Assembly: GCA_032250835.1 (NCBI GenBank)
Contig: JAVVEA010000005.1
Location: 32,001-96,000, forward strand
Direction of reading: 5' to 3'
Origin: a bacterium
Lineage (GTDB): Bacteria; SAR324; XYD2-FULL-50-16
Length of the DNA: 64,000 bases
In this document: one piece after another, positions 59,335 to 64,000 of the stretch
Layout: each line of letters opens with the position of its first letter
Position numbering within the stretch: position 1 is the stretch's first letter
The notes under the pieces: generated by a model
The model's input: the letters and a program-made list of their open reading frames with translations, nothing else
Told to the model about the DNA's origin: nothing
Database searches by the model: none
Program-made: the position numbers and the translations under genes

Positions 59335-59541
59335 TTATGCCCCTCCGCCCATAAAATAAAGAAAGTCCACCTCGGCACCATCGGCGAGGGGGGTGGTGGC
59401 GTAGTTTTCTTTCTCTACAAATTCGCCGTTGAGCTGTACCGAAACCATATCGGGATTTTCTACCTTTTGTTCACTCAGCAACTGAGCCAAAGTGATGCCT
59501 TCGTTTACTGCCGTGGTTTCGCCGTTCAACTGGATATTCAT
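59335..59541 (-). CDS. ThiS-like sulfur carrier protein (HcyS-like) ending GGGA
   Basis: 68 aa beta-grasp pattern, VQLNGE, C-terminal FMGGG-A. Confidence 0.93.
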   Translation of the reverse strand: MNIQLNGETTAVNEGITLAQLLSEQKVENPDMVSVQLNGEFVEKENYATTPLADGAEVDFLYFMGGGA

Positions 59542-59557
59542 GCTGCAACTCCGTTAC

Positions 59558-59612
59558 TTGATTAAGTTGATCAGGTTAGTCATGTTTTAGACTAAAGGAA
59601 AATAAATGTCAA
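59558..59612 (-). promoter_or_regulatory. Sulfur operon promoter with tandem TGA-N9-TCA boxes
   Basis: TTGACA-17-TAAAAC followed by TGACTAACCTGATCAACTTAATCA. Confidence 0.6.
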
Positions 59613-59694
59613 TCCATTTTTCACCCCAATTAAGCAGGGACAAAAAAAGGAGGACCTACCGTAAAAAGCTTCCGGCTCGCCGTCTAAGTATAGA

Positions 59695-60060
59695 TCAGAC
59701 TTCGGGCTGAAAGCTCTCAACCAGCTTGACAAAGGGGTCCAATTGGAAAGGTTTGGAAATATAATCAATACAGCCTGCTTCTAAGGCGGCGCGCTTATCA
59801 GAAGGCATGGCGTAGGCCGTCAGGGCGACTACCGGGATTCGGGCGGTGGTGGGGTCGGTTTTGAGACGGCGGGTCGCCTCAAGCCCGTCGATGGTGGGCA
59901 ATTGAATGTCCATTAAGATCAGATCCGGCTGATTCTCTTGAGCCAAGACCAGCCCCGCTTCGGCTTCCAGCGCCCAGAGTACTTCGTGCCCTTTGGCCTC
60001 TAAGACCGTGCGCACCACCAACATATTCGATTCGTTGTCTTCTACTAGAAGCACTTTCAT
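59695..60060 (-). CDS. Single-domain response regulator (DivK-like)
   Basis: LLVEDN, LMDIQLP, ALTA, KP. Confidence 0.95.
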   Translation of the reverse strand: MKVLLVEDNESNMLVVRTVLEAKGHEVLWALEAEAGLVLAQENQPDLILMDIQLPTIDGLEATRRLKTDPTTARIPVVALTAYAMPSDKRAALEAGCIDYISKPFQLDPFVKLVESFQPEV

Positions 60061-60070
60061 AAGAGGCCCT

Positions 60071-62236
60071 TTAAGCGGGATTTTTAGACCGGCCATCTAG
60101 CACCTGACGCACCAGATTGACGAACTCGGCCGGACGGTGGGGGCTTTTTTGTAAAACCGCGCTGACATTGCTTTTTAGTTGCTTATAGTCAGAGGCATCT
60201 AAATCTTTTGCCGTCAAAATCAAAATCGGGATTTCGGCAGTCTTGGGGTCGGCCCAGAGCGCTTGGGCCATTTCAAATCCGCTACGTCCAGGCATCATCA
60301 AGTCCAAGACCACCAAATCAGGCGGGGTTTCTTTTAACATTTCTAAACCCTGGTTGACGCTGGTCGCCGTAAAAACTTGGTGCCCCTGTTCGCGCAGCAG
60401 CTCCCCAAAGAGTGTCTGGATGTTGTTTTCATGGTCCACAATCAGCACCTTCTCGGCCAAACCGCCCCGGCGAGCGATCCCAAATTTTGATAACGCTTGG
60501 ATCAGTTCGGGACGATTTAAGGGCTTCGGTAAGATCAAGGTCGCTTGGTCTTTAGGGGCTGATTCTTCGCTCAGGTGGCTGACCACCAAGACCGGCGTGT
60601 TCGTTAAGCTGGGTTCGGCGCGTAGCCTCTGGAGCAGGTCCCACCCATCTCGGTCAGGCAGCCGAATATCTAAGCTGATCAAATCGGGGCGGTGGCGTTT
60701 GGCTAAATCAAACCCTTCAAGGGCGCTCGCCGCTTGTAAAGCCACAAAGCCCAGTTGCTCAAATTCTTGGCGGATTTGTTCGCGATCCTCGGCGGTGTCT
60801 TCAATCAGCAAAACCAATTGACGGCCCGAAAAATCGACTTCCCCAGCAGGTTTTTGCCTCGATAGCAGTTCCGCAGGCGGGAAGACGCCCGGCAACATCA
60901 CCGAGAAGCGGCTTCCCTGAAGGGGTTTGCTTTGGAGTTCCACAAAACCGCCCATATGCTTGACAATACGCTGCACCAAAGCCAAGCCCAGACCGGTACC
61001 CGCGAAGCGCTTGGTGTAAGGTTGCTCCAGCTGAACAAAGGGTTGGTAGAGTTTGATTTGGTCTTCAGGCGCGATGCCGATGCCCGTATCACGCACCCAA
61101 AACTCAAGCCAACCTTCTTGAGGCCCCAGACTAGGAGCCTGACCCAAACGCTCATGCCACCTGACGCCCAGTTCAACCTCGCCGTGATCGGTGAATTTGA
61201 CGGCATTGCTCAAGAGATTGAGTAACACCTGCCGCAATAGGTTGGGGTCATACCAAAAATCGACCTGCAACTGCCGGTCATTTGGCTGCGTTACCGAGAG
61301 CTTAAGCCCCTTAGACTCGGCCTGACCGCGCAGGTGAGAGGCGCAGTAGTCCAACAGCTGATCCACCCTGAGCACCGCTGGCTGAGCATGCAACTGACCG
61401 GCTTCTATTTTGGAAAGGTCTAAGAGATCGTTGACTAGGTTTAAGAGATGTTCGCCGCTTTGGTTGATGTTGTTGACGAACTCTCGCTGTGTGTCGGACA
61501 ATTCACCGCCCAAGCCGCTGAGCATGATTTCCGAAAAGCCGTTGATGGAATTAAGCGGGGTGCGGATCTCATGGCTCATGTTGGCCAAAAACAAGCTTTT
61601 TTGGCGGTTCGCCGCTTCGCTCAATTCAACCATCCGGCGCGACTGCTCGCCAAAACGCTGCATCAGCCAAAACAACAAGCCCCCGAAGAGGGCCACTAAG
61701 CCCAAGAGAAACAAAACAGCATGACCGATCTGGCGCTTGCTCCTTTCAATGGCCATCTGCAATTTGGTTTCGACCAAATCGGCCTGCTCGATCAAGCGCT
61801 CGTAGGTAAGGTCAAATTCTTGGTCCAACTCAGAGCCAATCCCGCTAGTTGAAGCGGCGTTCCAGCGTTGCTGGGCCAGCTTGCGGAACTGGGCCAAAAG
61901 CACTTGGGTGGCCTTAACCTCCTGGATCACCGGCTCGTCGCCTGAAGCGACAAAACGCCCCTCAAAGTTGTCGCCCCCTTGGAGCATCGCCTGGGCATAC
62001 CAGTCGGCCTGATCGAGCATATCCCAAACAATCTCAACCGAGCGGCTTTGGTCCCCGCTCAGGACTTCCTCCAGCCAAAGGTGGGCGGTGGTGACCTTTA
62101 GCTGGATCTCCATGGCTGCGTCCACCAAGGGCGCGTGTTTAGAAAGAACGGATTGGGCCAGCCAAAAACCGCTAAGGATGAGCAGGAAGATCCCCGCAAA
62201 TAGCGATGCGGCAATGAGTCGATACCGATTTAGCAT
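60071..62236 (-). CDS. Membrane hybrid histidine kinase with two receiver domains
   Basis: 2 TM flanking a helical periplasmic domain; MSHEIRTPLN, NAVKFT, GTGLGL; two REC. Confidence 0.95.
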   Translation of the reverse strand: MLNRYRLIAASLFAGIFLLILSGFWLAQSVLSKHAPLVDAAMEIQLKVTTAHLWLEEVLSGDQSRSVEIVWDMLDQADWYAQAMLQGGDNFEGRFVASGDEPVIQEVKATQVLLAQFRKLAQQRWNAASTSGIGSELDQEFDLTYERLIEQADLVETKLQMAIERSKRQIGHAVLFLLGLVALFGGLLFWLMQRFGEQSRRMVELSEAANRQKSLFLANMSHEIRTPLNSINGFSEIMLSGLGGELSDTQREFVNNINQSGEHLLNLVNDLLDLSKIEAGQLHAQPAVLRVDQLLDYCASHLRGQAESKGLKLSVTQPNDRQLQVDFWYDPNLLRQVLLNLLSNAVKFTDHGEVELGVRWHERLGQAPSLGPQEGWLEFWVRDTGIGIAPEDQIKLYQPFVQLEQPYTKRFAGTGLGLALVQRIVKHMGGFVELQSKPLQGSRFSVMLPGVFPPAELLSRQKPAGEVDFSGRQLVLLIEDTAEDREQIRQEFEQLGFVALQAASALEGFDLAKRHRPDLISLDIRLPDRDGWDLLQRLRAEPSLTNTPVLVVSHLSEESAPKDQATLILPKPLNRPELIQALSKFGIARRGGLAEKVLIVDHENNIQTLFGELLREQGHQVFTATSVNQGLEMLKETPPDLVVLDLMMPGRSGFEMAQALWADPKTAEIPILILTAKDLDASDYKQLKSNVSAVLQKSPHRPAEFVNLVRQVLDGRSKNPA

Positions 62237-62333
62237 GGGATCCTTTAAATCATCGGAACATTCCAGCCACAGTATAAACGAAACCGGACAAGCTTTCTAG
62301 GGTAAAGAGGATTGCCGTAGAACAACTTGGATT

Positions 62334-62750
62334 TTAGATGTGGTACATAACGTTTTCCAGCAGGGCTTGCTGGCGGAGAATCAAATCGGCCAAGGTGATG
62401 GAAAAATCCTTACGGATCTTTTCTTCGGTTTGTTTGAAGAGTTCGTTGATCGCGTCTAGGCCGCTGGTTGAATCTCCCGAAAGCTGCACACCGCCTTCTA
62501 AGATGTCGACCAAGTCCAAGACGGTGACCTTTGCGGGGTCTTGGGCTAGTTGGTAACCGCCTTTTTTGCCACGGACCGAAGAGACGATTCCGGCATTTAC
62601 CAGACGGTTAAAAATTTGCTCAAGATATTGGCGGGGTATGTTTTTTGAGGAGGCAATATCCTTGATCTGCACCAACCCACCCCCGTGGTTTTCCCCCAGG
62701 GCGAGCACCGCCAAGATTCCGTATCTACATTTGCTGCTGATCGACAACAT
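62334..62750 (-). CDS. Rrf2-family transcriptional regulator (CymR-like, lacking the C-terminal Fe-S Cys triad)
   Basis: YLEQIF..L...GIV.SVRGKKGGYQLA. Confidence 0.93.
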   Translation of the reverse strand: MLSISSKCRYGILAVLALGENHGGGLVQIKDIASSKNIPRQYLEQIFNRLVNAGIVSSVRGKKGGYQLAQDPAKVTVLDLVDILEGGVQLSGDSTSGLDAINELFKQTEEKIRKDFSITLADLILRQQALLENVMYHI

Positions 62751-62766
62751 GCCAACTCCTTTTACA

Positions 62767-62801
62767 TGATCAGAATACTCTAATTTAACTGATCACGTCA
62801 A
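62767..62801 (-). promoter_or_regulatory. rrf2 promoter with palindromic operator
   Basis: TTGACG-18-TATTCT overlapped by TGATCAG-N15-CTGATCA. Confidence 0.6.
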
Positions 62802-62804
62802 TTT

Positions 62805-63287
62805 TTACACTTTCTGACTGGACCGACGCCGCTGGTCGGCAACGGCTTTGACTCGCTCACCTAGCTCCCAAAGCTCTTTTTCTTCGTCTGTCTCAACTAG
62901 AAGCGGCGGGATCGGCTGGGGTTGGCCTGCTTCGTTGAGTGCTACGAAGTTAAAGAGCCCGGTATTGCTAAGGACCTTTGCTTTTCGGTGCTGTACATCC
63001 TGGCAAAACACATCCACCTTGATCACCATAGAGCTGCGCCCGGTGTGGATCACCCGCGCGACGATGTCTAAGACATCGCCGACCTTAGGCGAATGGGAAA
63101 AGTCCAAGCTCTCTACCGAAGCCGTGACCGCCGGAAAACCGGCGTAACGAAAGGCTGCATAATAGCTAACTTTGTCCATCCAGGCCAACAACCGCCCCCC
63201 GAAAAGGGATTGGAAGTGATTGCTGTCTTCGGGGAAGACAATTTCAATGGTGCTGACCGGTTCGGCTTTTTTTAAACTTTGGGTCAT
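62805..63287 (-). CDS. Hotdog-fold acyl-CoA thioesterase
   Basis: VFPEDSN...LFGGRLLAWMD, VTASV, TGRSSM. Confidence 0.93.
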   Translation of the reverse strand: MTQSLKKAEPVSTIEIVFPEDSNHFQSLFGGRLLAWMDKVSYYAAFRYAGFPAVTASVESLDFSHSPKVGDVLDIVARVIHTGRSSMVIKVDVFCQDVQHRKAKVLSNTGLFNFVALNEAGQPQPIPPLLVETDEEKELWELGERVKAVADQRRRSSQKV

Positions 63288-63291
63288 GCCT

Positions 63292-63999
63292 TTAATTCGA
63301 GATGGGGTTAAGCTCCCAGGGGTAATCGATGAATACAGTAGTCGCCGTCCCTTCTTCGCCGACGGCTACGTCAAAACGATAGACCAGACCGGAGATCACC
63401 GCGCGTAATCCTGCGCCTATTGAAGATTTCATATTTGAGTTGAGTTCGTCCACTCTATCGGACACGGTCCCCCGTTCGGCAAAGAAGGCGAACTGGAAGA
63501 TGGTGCGGATGCCGCCTAAAACCCAAAAGTTAATGGGTTTTTCTTCATCCGAGAAGTTCAACCGATACTCGACCCCTTGGAACATGGCGTTACCCGCCCG
63601 GAAGCGGCTCTGCGGGTAGGCCCGCATTTGGTTGGTGCCGCCTAAAGGGTTGGCGGTGCCCCAAAGATTGGCGTCACGTTGCTCGCTCACCTGGGCCGTT
63701 TCGGCAGCATAGCAGGCTTGGTAATAGGGGCTGGCGGGGTCGCAACTCAGGCCATATTTAGCCCGCAGTTGGTCCATATCGGTGATCCCCGAGCGGGTCA
63801 CCGAAGCGTGGCTGCGGAAGGCATTGAGCACCAAGGTGTCGCCGTTAAACATAGGAATATATCCGGTGTAATTCCAACTGGTCACAAAATAGTCGGAGCT
63901 ATCTGGATTGGTTACTTGGGGGTCATCGATGCGCACCCCCATCCGGTAGCCTTTGCGCGGGTCTAAGCGGTGGTCGGTCAGGTCCAAGATCAACCCGTA
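63292..63999 (-). CDS. Omp85/BamA-TamA-like outer-membrane protein, C-terminal part (runs off window)
   Basis: LGGTNQMRAYPQSRF (VRGY-like motif), beta strands, GAGLR...YRFDVA. Confidence 0.75.
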   Translation of the reverse strand, partial: YGLILDLTDHRLDPRKGYRMGVRIDDPQVTNPDSSDYFVTSWNYTGYIPMFNGDTLVLNAFRSHASVTRSGITDMDQLRAKYGLSCDPASPYYQACYAAETAQVSEQRDANLWGTANPLGGTNQMRAYPQSRFRAGNAMFQGVEYRLNFSDEEKPINFWVLGGIRTIFQFAFFAERGTVSDRVDELNSNMKSSIGAGLRAVISGLVYRFDVAVGEEGTATTVFIDYPWELNPISN

Positions 64000-64000
64000 G

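Noticed and set aside
57286-59541. Thiamine/molybdopterin biosynthesis or CBASS/Bil-type ubiquitin-like defence
   Set aside because: No thiG/moaE, cyclase or E2; the cys/sulfhydrylase context indicates sulfur assimilation

Overview
Chromosomal window from a Gram-negative (diderm) bacterium, roughly half GC by eye. It carries lpxD, msbA, a partial Omp85-like gene and a gene set resembling Deltaproteobacteria/SAR324; that taxonomy is an unverified inference. Most of it is housekeeping: comF, acyP, aroB, aroA, fbaA, argB, rsmE, tal, folD, sthA, tRNA-Lys and tRNA-Glu. Notable parts: (i) an octaheme c-type lipoprotein made of four di-heme repeats, next to a predicted outer-membrane beta-barrel (candidate porin-cytochrome conduit); (ii) a ~2.2 kb transposase-less island with imperfect terminal inverted repeats, carrying hicAB (hicA is missing from the ORF track), a nonsense-disrupted membrane gene, a thermonuclease remnant and a ~420 bp highly self-complementary three-copy repeat; (iii) a 184 nt rod-like, 6S-sized candidate ncRNA just downstream of the tRNAs; (iv) a cluster of cNMP-domain signalling proteins and a kinase-AAA-GAF protein with no output domain; (v) a divergent pair of a LuxR solo and an HTH-less autoinducer-binding protein; (vi) a complete sulfate-assimilation / protein-thiocarboxylate (HcyS-type) operon sharing a candidate operator motif with a nearby Rrf2 gene. 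I found no CRISPR array, rRNA, integrase or transposase. All calls come from reading motifs by eye, with no database search.
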